This document shows, one piece after another, positions 37,418 to 47,821 of a stretch of DNA of 64,000 nucleotides. The notes under the pieces were generated by a model, which was not told the origin of the DNA, did no database searches, and saw only the letters and a program-made list of their open reading frames with translations. Source of the stretch: Arenicellales bacterium (lineage in GTDB: Bacteria > Pseudomonadota > Gammaproteobacteria > Arenicellales > JAJDZL01). Position 1 is the first letter of the stretch, and each line of letters begins with the position of its first letter. The translations under genes were made by a program, and so were the position numbers. The stretch spans positions 1,911,015 through 1,975,014 of the forward strand of contig OZ253563.1 of NCBI GenBank assembly GCA_965262855.1, written 5' to 3'.

Positions 37418-37975
37418 TTGCAAGGCAAACTCAGAATCATTTCGGGAAAGTGGAGGCGCAGAGTCATTCGGTTTGGCTCTTCACTAGACATACGACCTAC
37501 GACTGATGCAGCGCGTGAGACATTGTTCAACTGGCTGCAGTGGCGGATAGAAGGAGCGAAGTGTCTGGATTTGTATGCAGGCAGCGGTGCGCTGGGCTTT
37601 GAAGCGCTCTCCCGAGGCGCTGAATCCGCTGTTTTTGTGGATATTGATCGGAGGTGTATACGCAGTTTGCATCAAACCGCCGCTGAACTTTCTGCAAATC
37701 AATGTTTGGTTGTGTGTAGTGAGGCGCTGGCCTACTTGAGAACCATCGAAGAAAAGTTCGATGTTGTATTTGTAGATCCACCTTTTTATCGAGGCATGGC
37801 TTTGAGATCGGTTGAACTACTCGAATCAATCGGCTGCTTGAATTCGAATGCCCACGTCTATGTAGAAATGGAGCGGAGTGAAGGTTTGAATCTACTATCG
37901 GAGCAATGGAAAATTTTGAGGCATTATCAGTCAGGCTCTCGTAACCACTACCTGCTTCAATTCGTGCAGAATTGA
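37418..37975 (+). CDS. rsmD: 16S rRNA (guanine966-N2)-methyltransferase
   Basis: 185 aa; LDLYAGSGALGFEALSRGA, VFVDPPF. Confidence 0.85.
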   Translation: MQGKLRIISGKWRRRVIRFGSSLDIRPTTDAARETLFNWLQWRIEGAKCLDLYAGSGALGFEALSRGAESAVFVDIDRRCIRSLHQTAAELSANQCLVVCSEALAYLRTIEEKFDVVFVDPPFYRGMALRSVELLESIGCLNSNAHVYVEMERSEGLNLLSEQWKILRHYQSGSRNHYLLQFVQN

Positions 37976-38186
37976 AGTTGCAGATTTAGTAGTTTCTAGT
38001 TGACACAGAAGTTGTAGGTTCAAGGTCTTGCTGCAACATGAAACTCTAACGTGCTATTCGTCGTTTTGACGCAACTCCAACCTCACCAACTCGTAAATAA
38101 TTTCCGTTTTCTCTTTCTATATGCATACATAATGTATATTTTTACAATCTGGTTGCGGCTAGAAACATTCCACAATCGGCGAAAAC

Positions 38187-38693
38187 ATGGGCCACTCAGA
38201 ACGAATCACACGAGCAATCTATCCGGGCAGCTTTGATCCGGTTACTAAGGGTCACAATGATCTGATTGAACGTGCAACAGAACTTTTTGATGAGTTGACT
38301 GTGGCTGTCGCTTTCAGCAAGGATAAAAATACGTTGTTCTCTCTAGAGGAACGCGTTCAGCTGATCAAGGAAACCACTGCTCACCTGCCTACTGTCAACG
38401 TTGTTGGGTTTGCAGGGTTGCTGATTGATTTTGCCAAGGAAGTGAACTCAAAAATTGTGATTCGAGGACTGAGGGCGGTTTCAGATTTCGAGTATGAGTT
38501 TCAGCTCTCGTGGATGAATCGACAACTCGACCCAAATATCGAAACTCTGTTTTTCGCACCGGCCGAAGACTATGCCTTTGTTGCGGCTTCACTGGTTAAG
38601 GAAATTGCCAAGTTGGGAGGCGATGTCTCTCAATTTGTGCACCCCATAGTGAATCGTGCTCTACTGGATAAATTGGCAAAGTTGGAAGACTGA
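38187..38693 (+). CDS. coaD: phosphopantetheine adenylyltransferase
   Basis: YPGSFDPVTKGHNDLIERA; 168 aa. Confidence 0.95.
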   Translation: MGHSERITRAIYPGSFDPVTKGHNDLIERATELFDELTVAVAFSKDKNTLFSLEERVQLIKETTAHLPTVNVVGFAGLLIDFAKEVNSKIVIRGLRAVSDFEYEFQLSWMNRQLDPNIETLFFAPAEDYAFVAASLVKEIAKLGGDVSQFVHPIVNRALLDKLAKLED

Positions 38694-38730
38694 TCCCTTC
38701 ATTAAGCCACAAAATTTCCGCTAATCTAGA

Positions 38731-39393
38731 TTATTTCCAAGCGAATTTCGGCTGGTCGAAATGGGCTACACGTGTGTGTCGACCAAACAAGGCAACTTCT
38801 CTGAACTGAAACAGAAAAGCTGCAGTCGGTGCAAACACCCGATGTCCGATTGAATCCAGTGGTGCCGACAGCACTCGTGTTCCACTTTCGGCTAACTCTT
38901 CCAAAACTGGAATCTTCGGTGATTTCAAGTCTGCAAGCGGCACTCTGAAAACGGATGCAACTTCATTTGGATCAGGGTGAAGTTCTTTTCTTTCGCCTGC
39001 CCATACAACGACTGGAGTAATAACGAATCCTGAACGAGTCTCGTAATCGTCTAGAAATCCAAGCACCTCATTCTCGGACACGTCTATACCGATTTCCTCT
39101 TGCAGTTCACGCAGTGAGGCTTCAAGTGCCGATTCATCACCGTCCAATCTGCCGCCTGGCAAGGCATATTGGCCTCCGTGACGCCTCAGATGTTTGGGCC
39201 GTCGAGTCAGAAGAAAACTAGCTGCACTTCCAGAGTCTCCATTCAAGATCGTAAATGCAACTGCGGCCTGTTTAAGTTCAGTTTTCCGGATCGATTTTCT
39301 GTGAAAATTTGAAAGTTTCTCGACAATGCTCTTTCTGAGAGATTCATCAAGAAGAATATTATTGTCGGCGAATTGATCTGGATGTGAAGACAT
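38731..39393 (-). CDS. NUDIX hydrolase (CoA pyrophosphatase-like)
   Basis: Nudix box GGRLDGDESALEASLRELQEEIGI. Confidence 0.8.
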   Translation of the reverse strand: MSSHPDQFADNNILLDESLRKSIVEKLSNFHRKSIRKTELKQAAVAFTILNGDSGSAASFLLTRRPKHLRRHGGQYALPGGRLDGDESALEASLRELQEEIGIDVSENEVLGFLDDYETRSGFVITPVVVWAGERKELHPDPNEVASVFRVPLADLKSPKIPVLEELAESGTRVLSAPLDSIGHRVFAPTAAFLFQFREVALFGRHTRVAHFDQPKFAWK

Positions 39394-39495
39394 TGGAAGA
39401 TTGGTAAAAGATTAAGTCTGCGAAGCAACAAGACGAACATAATATACTCTTTTGCTGAGCTTCAATTGCGAGAGAAAATCGGAAGGCAAACGCGA

Positions 39496-40302
39496 ATGTA
39501 CAGAATTGAAAGTGAAGATTATTCCATAAAGGATGAGCCGTTTTACGCACCTCAAGGCTCCGAAGTTCACTTGTTTGAGAGTGCTCACCAGAATCTCATT
39601 CCTGTTCTATTGAAAGGGCCGACAGGTTGTGGAAAGACTCGATTCATGGAATACATGGCTTGGAAATTGCACCTACCGCTGGTGACTGTGTCATGTCATG
39701 ATGATCTTACCGCATCGGATTTGGTTGGTCGATATCTAATCGTGGGTGGTGAAACCAGGTGGGTTGACGGTCCACTCGCCAGAGCCGTTCGCGTTGGCGG
39801 AATTTGTTATCTTGATGAAATCGTTGAGGCGCGAAAGGATACCACGGTAGTTATTCATCCTCTCGCAGATGACCGGCGAGTATTGCCCATTGAAAAAACC
39901 GGCGAACTGCTTCATGCTGCTCCGGCATTTAACCTGACGATATCCTACAATCCTGGCTATCAGAGCGTATTGAAAGACTTGAAACAAAGCACCCGCCAAC
40001 GTTTTCTTTCACTTGAATTTGATTATCCTGAAAAGGAACTTGAGCAATCCATCATCGTGCATGAATCGGGGATAGATCAAGATTCCGCCGGCTCTCTGGT
40101 TCGATTTGCCAGGATGACACGCAATCTCAAGGGCAGTGGCCTGGAAGAGGGAGCGAGCACCCGTCTACTCGTACATGCAGCCAAACTGATCGTCTTTGGA
40201 ATTGATCCGCTTGAAGCATGCAATGCCTCGATTACCCAGACTTTGACGGATGATCCGGAAATATTGACTGCCATTCAGGAAATGGCTTCATCACTTTTCT
40301 AA
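39496..40302 (+). CDS. cbbQ: CbbQ/NirQ/NorQ-family AAA+ ATPase
   Basis: LKGPTGCGKTRFMEYMA Walker A, MoxR-type core; start moved to the MYRIESEDY ATG. Confidence 0.8.
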   Translation: MYRIESEDYSIKDEPFYAPQGSEVHLFESAHQNLIPVLLKGPTGCGKTRFMEYMAWKLHLPLVTVSCHDDLTASDLVGRYLIVGGETRWVDGPLARAVRVGGICYLDEIVEARKDTTVVIHPLADDRRVLPIEKTGELLHAAPAFNLTISYNPGYQSVLKDLKQSTRQRFLSLEFDYPEKELEQSIIVHESGIDQDSAGSLVRFARMTRNLKGSGLEEGASTRLLVHAAKLIVFGIDPLEACNASITQTLTDDPEILTAIQEMASSLF

Positions 40303-40337
40303 ATAAGTGACGGCATTTCACCATCGGAATCCATTCT

Positions 40338-42482
40338 GTGAAGAAGCCGCTTTCTGCGAATCGAATTGAGGAAAAGCTGGAAGAATTGCTCGGTGCAGTT
40401 CTGACTTCACGTCGAACAGCTAGCGAGCCGGCGCTAAAGCTTTCATTATTGGACAGGTCGTCGCAGGAATTCGCTTTACACTGGGCCGGTGTCATTTCAA
40501 AGTCCAACTCGGAGATGGGGTTTCAGTTCGTAAGCCATGTCTCTCAGGCATTAAAGTTAATGGATTCGGACGGAGTAACCCAGTGGATCATTGAAGCGAT
40601 GGACATCTATGACCGACAGGGGTTGTATCCAGGTAGTGCTTCATTCAGAGAAGCGAAAAGGTTTGCTGACAGACTTAGTCAGAAAAGACACTCAGTTTCA
40701 TTTGGTGATGTTGTCGGAATTCTGAACAAATATGTGAAAGGCGTTTCCGGCCGTGAGCTTGAAATACGTGCCGATAACAAAGCTTGGACTGACACGGAAA
40801 CTCTCTTTCTGCCGGAACTCGTAAATCAGTTTGATTCAGAACGGCTGAATTTTCAACTCTATAAGGCGACTGGAGCATTTTTATTGGCACAGACGCTATT
40901 TGGAACATTTCGCGTGGATGTACATACAGGCATTCCTGTCGTATGCACTGCGATCACTAAATTTCAAGATCAGGCAAGGGCGCTTCGACTATTTGAAGCT
41001 GTAGAAGAAATCAGACTTCTTAACCGCATGAAAGGCGAACTGCCTGGCCTTGTTCGACAAATGAATGAATTGAAATTTTTATCCGAGACATTGCCCGAAT
41101 TCAACGGTATCGATTCACTGCTGGAGCAGGTTAAAAAACCAGATTCGGATGTTCTGGATTCGCTTGCCGTCACGCAGCAACTGTATAAACAAAAACTCAC
41201 ATTATCAGACCCCGTCTGTTATCAGGGAATGATTGATTTGGAGCGTGTGCGGCAAGTTGCGAAACAGCGAGTGGAAATAGAGAAGGAGAAGTTTCGAACA
41301 GACCTTGCGATGCTCGCCGAAGGAATCATCAGCGAATTCGAAACTGAAGACGAACAGGTTGAAGGCCAAGTTAATAGAGTGAGCATAACAACACAGCCAG
41401 ATTCGGATGAGACTGGTGAATGGGAAATGACACTGACCATTGACGGCCAACCTATCGTTCCGCCAGATAATGTGGTTCAGACGGTCAAAAGCATTGTTCA
41501 GGATTTTGGTGAAATTCCCGAAGATTATCTCGTGCCCGCAGGAGACGGGCAATATAGACAGGATAGCCAAGTAGAGGAGGAGCGTAACGAAAAGGCGAAT
41601 TCAGGGGCGGAGAAGACGTATTTCTACGATGAATGGGATTATCGGCGTCGGCACTACAGAAAGAACTGGTGCGTTTTGAGAGAACTTGAAATGCACCCCA
41701 GCAGTGAGAGTGTTGTAGAGGCAATTCTGGAGAAGTATTCGCATCTGGTAAGGGATATTCGTAAGTCTTTTGAAGCGTTGCGAGGAGATGATCGAATGCT
41801 GCGTCGGCAGAAAAACGGTGACGATATTGATATTGACGCGGTTGTAGAAAGCTATGTTGATGTCTTCGAGGGCAACGAATTGACGGATCGACTGTTCATC
41901 AAATCTCGAAAATTGGAACGCGATCTGGCAGTAATATTTATGGTTGATGTCAGCGGGTCGACTAAGGGGTGGATTAATGATGCCGAACGAGAAAGCTTGG
42001 TTCTGCTAAGTGAAGCGCTTCAAACTCTGGGTGATCGTTACGCCATTTACGGATTTTCCGGGATGACGCGCAAGCGTTGTGAGTTATATCGAATCAAGAC
42101 ATTTGAGGAGTCGTACGACAGCAAAGTCAAATCGCGAATTGCAGGCATTCGGCCGCAGGACTACACACGTATGGGAGTCACTATTCGCCATCTAACTGAT
42201 AAGTTATTGAATGTAGATGCGAAAACCCGGGTCTTGATTACCATTTCGGACGGCAAGCCCGACGACTATGATGGCTATCGAGGGGAATACGGGATTGAGG
42301 ATACGCGGCAGGCTTTAATGGAAGCAAAACATGCTGGCATACATCCGTTCTGCATAACGATTGATTCGCAGGCACATGACTATCTTCCGCACATGTATGG
42401 ACATGTCAACTACACGATGGTAGATGATGTTCGCAAACTTCCACTGAAAATATCTGATATCTATCGAAAATTAACGACCTGA
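40338..42482 (+). CDS. cbbO: CbbO/NorD-like von Willebrand factor A protein
   Basis: 714 aa; C-terminal VWA with MIDAS DVSGSTKG; follows cbbQ. Confidence 0.8.
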   Translation: MKKPLSANRIEEKLEELLGAVLTSRRTASEPALKLSLLDRSSQEFALHWAGVISKSNSEMGFQFVSHVSQALKLMDSDGVTQWIIEAMDIYDRQGLYPGSASFREAKRFADRLSQKRHSVSFGDVVGILNKYVKGVSGRELEIRADNKAWTDTETLFLPELVNQFDSERLNFQLYKATGAFLLAQTLFGTFRVDVHTGIPVVCTAITKFQDQARALRLFEAVEEIRLLNRMKGELPGLVRQMNELKFLSETLPEFNGIDSLLEQVKKPDSDVLDSLAVTQQLYKQKLTLSDPVCYQGMIDLERVRQVAKQRVEIEKEKFRTDLAMLAEGIISEFETEDEQVEGQVNRVSITTQPDSDETGEWEMTLTIDGQPIVPPDNVVQTVKSIVQDFGEIPEDYLVPAGDGQYRQDSQVEEERNEKANSGAEKTYFYDEWDYRRRHYRKNWCVLRELEMHPSSESVVEAILEKYSHLVRDIRKSFEALRGDDRMLRRQKNGDDIDIDAVVESYVDVFEGNELTDRLFIKSRKLERDLAVIFMVDVSGSTKGWINDAERESLVLLSEALQTLGDRYAIYGFSGMTRKRCELYRIKTFEESYDSKVKSRIAGIRPQDYTRMGVTIRHLTDKLLNVDAKTRVLITISDGKPDDYDGYRGEYGIEDTRQALMEAKHAGIHPFCITIDSQAHDYLPHMYGHVNYTMVDDVRKLPLKISDIYRKLTT

Positions 42483-42928
42483 ATAATTGTTAAATTTTGT
42501 TATCGTAAGGTGGGTATAATCAAAAAAATATTAGTGATATATTACTATTATTGATTGGTTACTAATTTCCTACATTCAATCACATTCTCCAAGAAATTTG
42601 ACCTATGAGAAGAGAGATTGAGCAGTTCGTAAGCTGAACAAACGGACCGAAAGGCACCGTCATTGGTTAGAACACGACACAGTTTCTCATAGAGATAGCA
42701 AACACCATCATAAGCCCAATTAATTCCACTTATTGATATTACTGAGTGTCGATAAAACACATAAAAACGAATTACGGGAATGGTGCAGCAACTGCTTAGG
42801 TTTACCTAGAGAAATTAGTAGCGGAAAATTCGATTGGTACAGGAAGCAAGTGATTCAAACACATATACATCAATTCAGATCAAGCTTGGCGGATGAGTGA
42901 GTATGACGATGAATGGATGGGGTGAGTG

Positions 42929-45055
42929 ATGGTGTCGCAGGGCAATCTGAAAATTACTCCAGAGCAGTTGCCTAAATTTGAACTGCAAGATGCTTCGCTT
43001 GATACTTGGGACCGCAAATACCGCCTCAAATCACAGTCCGGAGAAATAGTCGACCAGGACCTTGATGGTACATATGCGAGAGTTGCACGCGCTCTGGCAG
43101 ATGTAGAGCAGCCGCATAACCGCGAGAAGTGGTATGAAAATTTTAACTGGGCGCTCCAGAACGGTGCAATTCCAGCGGGACGAATCGTTTCCAATGCAGG
43201 TGCTCGCGAACACAAACCCTCTACCAGCACGATCAACTGTACTGTTTCTGGGACTATTTCGGATTCGATGAAGGGCATCCTGCATGCGGTATATGAAGCC
43301 GGTCTTACACTTAAAGCCGGTTGTGGCATCGGCTACGAATTCTCAACACTTCGTCCAAAAGGCGCGTTTGTAAGCGGAGCAGGCGCATACACTTCCGGCC
43401 CCTTGTCATTCATGGACATTTTTGATGCTATGTGTTTCACGGTGTCGTCTGCGGGTGGCCGTCGCGGAGCCCAGATGGGGGTGTTCAGCGTTTCGCATCC
43501 AGATATTCTGGATTTCATTCGAGCGAAGAGGAAAGACGGTTGTCTGCGGCAGTTCAATCTATCCTGTCTGATCACGGATGATTTCATTAAAGCGGTAAAG
43601 AACGATAGTGAGTGGGAACTTGTGTTTCCAGCGACCAAGGATGAATTCAATAGCAAAGACTGCACTGTAGTTTGGAAGTATTGGCCTATTGGTGACAGTA
43701 GCCAGACCTATATCATCGATGAACAGGGGAGAGTTGCCGTTCGCGTCTACAAAATAATTCAAGCACGCCGGTTATGGGAATCCATTATGGAACTCACATA
43801 CGACTATGCGGAGCCAGGATTTATTTTGATAGATCGAGTCAATGAGATGAACAATAACTGGTTCTGCGAAGATATCCGAGCCACAAATCCATGTGGTGAA
43901 CAACCATTGCCGCCCTATGGAAGTTGCCTTCTGGGTTCAGTTAATTTGACGAAATTTGTTGAGAATCCGTTTACCGATAGTGTCGAGTTTGACTGGGAGA
44001 AATATCGAAAAGTAGTTTCGACCTTTACTCGAATGCTGGACAATGTCGTGGAAATTCACGGCCTGCCGCTATCAGACCAGCAAAAAGAAATACTTCGAAA
44101 ACGGCGTCATGGCATGGGATTCCTCGGACTTGGTTCGACCTTGGCTATGATGAAAGTGAAATACGGATCTCGGGAATCCCTTGAATTTACTGAAAAAGTT
44201 GCTAAAGAGATGGCTATCACTGGATGGGAGACAGGGATACAGCTCGCTCAAGAAAAAGGTCCGGCACCGATATTTGAAGAGAGGTTTGAAGTAACCCCGA
44301 GTCTGTTGAACAAGCGACCGGAAATGGCTAAGGACGGGATCAGAGTTGGGCATAAAGTGAAGGGGGCGACACTTCTTGCGAAATACAGTCGATACATGCA
44401 GAATTTACCTTTGGAATTGACCAATCTCATTGTTGAGTATGGAGCGCGATTCACACATCACAGTTCCATTGCTCCAACGGGAACCATCAGTCTATCTCTT
44501 GGCAACAATGTCAGTAATGGAATTGAGCCTTCTTTCGCACATGAATACACAAGAAATGTGATTCGAGAAGGTAAAAAGTCAAAAGAGAACGTGAAAGTTT
44601 ATTCGTACGAGTTACTTGCGTATCGCGAACTAGTCAATCCAAAGGCTACTGCAGATGATGAATCTTCACTGCCAGACTATTTTCTGACTACGAATGACAT
44701 TTCCCCTCAGGAACATGTTGCAGTTCAGGCAGCAGCACAGAAATGGGTGGACTCTTCCATATCCAAGACTGCGAATGTTCCAACGGACTATCCATTTGGG
44801 AAATTCAAGGAAATATATATGGATGCCTATAACAGTGGATTGAAAGGCTGTACAACATTTCGATTCAACCCAGAAGCATTCCAAGGCGTATTAGTGCGCG
44901 ACAAGGATTTGGAGAAAACGAAATATCAGTTTACGTTGAAAGATGGCAGCGTTGTTGAAGTAAGGGGAAATGAGGAAGTGGAGTACGACGGAGAAACCCA
45001 CACTGCAGCAAATTTGTTTGATGCTCTGAAAGAAGGGTATTACGGTAAATTCTAA
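42929..45055 (+). CDS. nrdJ: class II (adenosylcobalamin-dependent) ribonucleotide reductase, large fragment NrdJa
   Basis: NPCGEQPLPPYGSCLLGSVNL active-site loop; about 708 aa. Confidence 0.9.
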   Translation: MVSQGNLKITPEQLPKFELQDASLDTWDRKYRLKSQSGEIVDQDLDGTYARVARALADVEQPHNREKWYENFNWALQNGAIPAGRIVSNAGAREHKPSTSTINCTVSGTISDSMKGILHAVYEAGLTLKAGCGIGYEFSTLRPKGAFVSGAGAYTSGPLSFMDIFDAMCFTVSSAGGRRGAQMGVFSVSHPDILDFIRAKRKDGCLRQFNLSCLITDDFIKAVKNDSEWELVFPATKDEFNSKDCTVVWKYWPIGDSSQTYIIDEQGRVAVRVYKIIQARRLWESIMELTYDYAEPGFILIDRVNEMNNNWFCEDIRATNPCGEQPLPPYGSCLLGSVNLTKFVENPFTDSVEFDWEKYRKVVSTFTRMLDNVVEIHGLPLSDQQKEILRKRRHGMGFLGLGSTLAMMKVKYGSRESLEFTEKVAKEMAITGWETGIQLAQEKGPAPIFEERFEVTPSLLNKRPEMAKDGIRVGHKVKGATLLAKYSRYMQNLPLELTNLIVEYGARFTHHSSIAPTGTISLSLGNNVSNGIEPSFAHEYTRNVIREGKKSKENVKVYSYELLAYRELVNPKATADDESSLPDYFLTTNDISPQEHVAVQAAAQKWVDSSISKTANVPTDYPFGKFKEIYMDAYNSGLKGCTTFRFNPEAFQGVLVRDKDLEKTKYQFTLKDGSVVEVRGNEEVEYDGETHTAANLFDALKEGYYGKF

Positions 45056-45065
45056 GGCTTATGAA

Positions 45066-45815
45066 ATGGCTATCAAAATCAATCAGCCCATAGTAGATTA
45101 CAAGGTTGCTTCCAAAAGCGATGAGCCGGGGCCTCTTTTCACCTTGTCGGAAGAGCATCCTGCCTCACAAAGTGACGATAATTTAGTCGGCATCATCGCT
45201 GAAAATAAGTCCAACGTGGTCCAGATGATGCACCACGAACGTGTTGAAAGACCGGAAATGCTGAGAGGGAGCACCTACAAGATCAAAACACCGCTTTCCG
45301 AACATGCACTTTATGTAACCATCAATGACACAACATTGAATGCGGGAACGCCTTATGAACGACAGCGTCCATTTGAAATTTTCATTAATTCGAAAAATAT
45401 GGATAATTTCCAGTGGACAGTTGCCCTTACGAGGATTATTTCGGCTGTTTTCAGAAAAGGTGGGGACAGCACGTTTCTTGTTGAGGAACTCCACGCAGTG
45501 TTCGATCCTCGCGGCGGATATTTCAAAAAGGGTGGCAGATTCACGCCATCCCTAGTTGCCGAAATCGGTTCTGTCATCGAAATGCACATGAAGCGTATCG
45601 GATTGATCACGGATGAACCTCTGCCAGAAAATACCAAACAGATTCTTGAAGAAAAGAGGCTGGAATTTGAAAAGCGCATCAATTTTCCAATGGGGGATGC
45701 CGAGAGCAGTTTTCCGGATGGCGCTGAATTGTGTATTGTTTGCAGTACTCGGGCAATGGTGTATCTGGACGGTTGCATGACCTGTCTGAACTGCGGCGAA
45801 TCCAAGTGCTCATAA
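45066..45815 (+). CDS. class II ribonucleotide reductase C-terminal fragment NrdJb
   Basis: 249 aa, 10 nt after nrdJa; C-terminal Cys cluster CIVCSTRAMVYLDGCMTCLNCGESKC; split arrangement as in Pseudomonas nrdJab. Confidence 0.8.
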   Translation: MAIKINQPIVDYKVASKSDEPGPLFTLSEEHPASQSDDNLVGIIAENKSNVVQMMHHERVERPEMLRGSTYKIKTPLSEHALYVTINDTTLNAGTPYERQRPFEIFINSKNMDNFQWTVALTRIISAVFRKGGDSTFLVEELHAVFDPRGGYFKKGGRFTPSLVAEIGSVIEMHMKRIGLITDEPLPENTKQILEEKRLEFEKRINFPMGDAESSFPDGAELCIVCSTRAMVYLDGCMTCLNCGESKCS

Positions 45816-45873
45816 ACCTCCTACGTTGAGAATATCTCAAATACTGATCGTTTCATTTCACTGATTCTCATTG
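45514..45873 (+). repeat. nrdJb 3' end plus downstream flank, repeat copy A
   Basis: homologous to 49476-49785 plus 52182-52232; the last 114 coding nt differ at 1 position. Confidence 0.9.
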
Positions 45874-45920
45874 TGAAATGATGACTCATGATGAAGTTGA
45901 ACTACAGCGACGACTAATAA

Positions 45921-46363
45921 CCCCTCGCTAGTCTGCTCGGTGCTCGCAACGCCAACGAGATAGCAATCCCCCAATTTATTGGCCGACTGGCTGAACGTAG
46001 CTATATCGGGGAATACATTGCGAGCCGGATTTTCGACATCGCTTTGGAGTAATCGGCGGTCCATCGGAGTACTGATGAACGTTTCAAGTCCGGTCCACTC
46101 GCTAGGAAATTGGTCAATATTAAGATGTATGGCAGTAGAGAAGGGATTCCCGATATAAAACCGGAATGTCTGCCAGACTATTACCTAGTTTTGGCAGGTC
46201 CAAAATCTCCGGCTATGAATTCCAGAGGGCGCCCCGTCCGCTGGTCATCAGTGAAGTGTTTCTGTTTGAGGCCAAACCGCTGACCGTCCGGCTTCGTGTG
46301 CATGGCTTGAAGAATATAGGCATCGCGACAAGTGTTAGGGCGGTGGAATGGGACACAGCTTGA
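45921..46363 (+). pseudogene. decayed gene of unknown family (in-frame stop plus a frameshift)
   Basis: my translation: ..IGEYIASRIFDIALE*SAVHRSTDERFKSGPLARKLVNIKMYGSREGIPDIKPECLPDYYLVLAGPKSPA / GYEFQRAPRPLVISEVFLFEAKPLTVRLRVHGLKNIGIATSVRAVEWDTA. Confidence 0.35.
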
Positions 46364-46571
46364 ATCTATCCTGTTCCATCCAGTTCCCCACTGGAACTCA
46401 CGAAATCCCAGTAGGAAAACATTCGCCTTTTCAAGGTGCCAAACACATTATTCTAAATATCGAACACCGAACGGCTAGCATCGAAGATCTCAATCTGGAA
46501 CTGTGCGTTGTTACCACTACAGCGCTAGTATGGCATTGGTTGAACTCGTTTTGAAACCGATTCGCAGGCGC

Positions 46572-47132
46572 TCAACGAACTGTTGCGTGACGAACGCACC
46601 ACCCCAAGGACTGTAACGGATACCGTTGCGACGCAACCGCGTTACCCATTTCCCCATAGGCATTGAAGGGAAATGGTAACCGGAGTCCTTTCCACTTTGC
46701 CTCCTCATTCTGTTGCGAGGCGCTGCATTGCAGGAAATCTGCACCTGTAAAGTCTTGAAGATGTTTTCGTCCGCTCTGGTGTGTGCCATTCACATCGCCG
46801 AGAGGCAACGGAATGTTCATCACCCGGCACTGGTTGAGACCGATGTGCACTACCCCACAAACGTTCCGTCGTCGTGGAAAAGATCTTCGCCCCAAGTTCA
46901 ACGGACAAACAATGATGCAACACTCAGCTGTGCGTCAGCTGTGCGTGATCCAATCAAGACTCATTACCCAAATTGCAGACATATCGACCATGTCCTTGTC
47001 GTGGGAGGATGATGCACGGATCAGATGCGTATTGATCGTTGACGTATGAAATTTTGCATCGGGTTTAAAGAAATCATCATACGTTAAAACGGTAGTTTCA
47101 CATACACTGAAAGCGACGGCTGGGAAATCCAT
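46572..47132 (-). pseudogene. decayed gene of unknown function (in-frame TGA at 46932-46934)
   Basis: ORFs 46935-47132 and 46572-46901 are in the same frame, separated by one stop; an 11-bp tandem duplication lies next to the stop; other overlapping ORFs suggest further decay. Confidence 0.35.
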
Positions 47133-47188
47133 GTTCTGATTGCATCAAATTGAATATTGTGTTATATATTCTAGGCATATATTAATTA

Positions 47189-47821
47189 ATGCCGTGTATT
47201 ACGAACATGAACAAACCGACGGAACCAACATTGAAAGAACGTGCACTTGCCGTTGCAAAAGCATGCGGCATCGCCCGTGCGCGCAATTTCTATGCGGCGG
47301 GCATCCCGCACACCTATCTGCGCCGGCTGCAAGATGAAGGACTGCTGGTCTGTAGAGGGCGCGGCCTCTATCAGCTTACCGACGCCGAATGGTCGCAGTT
47401 CCACAGCTTCGCTGTAGCTTCCCAAGTTGTTCCCCATGGGGTTATCTGTCTCATTTCCGCGCTCCAGTTCCATTCATTAACGACGCAACTGCCACATGAT
47501 ATCTGGATTATGATCGGTCACAAGAAGTGGGCGCCGAAATATCCTCCGATATCGTTGCGCATCATTCGCGCCACCGGCGAGGCTCTCACTGCCGGAATTG
47601 AGCAACACTTAATCGAAAACGTCGAGGTACCCATCACGAATCCAGCAAAAACGGTAGCAGATTGCTTTAAATACCGCAATCAGGTTGGAATCGATGTTGC
47701 CATCGAAGCACTCAGGAATTGCATACGCACTCGTAGCGCAACGACGGATGACGTCTGGCGTTTGGCTGCGATCGACCGTATACAGAATGTCATTCGGCCT
47801 TATCTCGAGGCATCTCTATGA
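47189..47821 (+). CDS. abiEi: type IV TA system antitoxin AbiEi
   Basis: 210 aa; N-terminal wHTH (..LRRLQDEGLLVCRGRGLYQL) and C-terminal domain typical of AbiEi; 4-nt overlap with the toxin gene. Confidence 0.8.
   Translation: MPCITNMNKPTEPTLKERALAVAKACGIARARNFYAAGIPHTYLRRLQDEGLLVCRGRGLYQLTDAEWSQFHSFAVASQVVPHGVICLISALQFHSLTTQLPHDIWIMIGHKKWAPKYPPISLRIIRATGEALTAGIEQHLIENVEVPITNPAKTVADCFKYRNQVGIDVAIEALRNCIRTRSATTDDVWRLAAIDRIQNVIRPYLEASL

Noticed and set aside
42548-42760. 70-aa minus-strand ORF in the nrdJ leader
   Set aside because: It is AT-rich with no RBS or motif and lies in a probable regulatory leader, so it has low coding plausibility.
42483-42928. Cobalamin riboswitch or paired NrdR boxes upstream of nrdJ
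   Set aside because: I found no B12-box-like conserved core. The only NrdR-like palindromes are weak and about 320 nt apart rather than the usual ~31-32 nt spacing. This cannot be supported without a covariance-model or PWM scan.
45858-46064. 68-aa minus-strand ORF just downstream of nrdJb
   Set aside because: The opposite strand gives a longer, more protein-like (though decayed) reading frame, so this ORF is probably its shadow.
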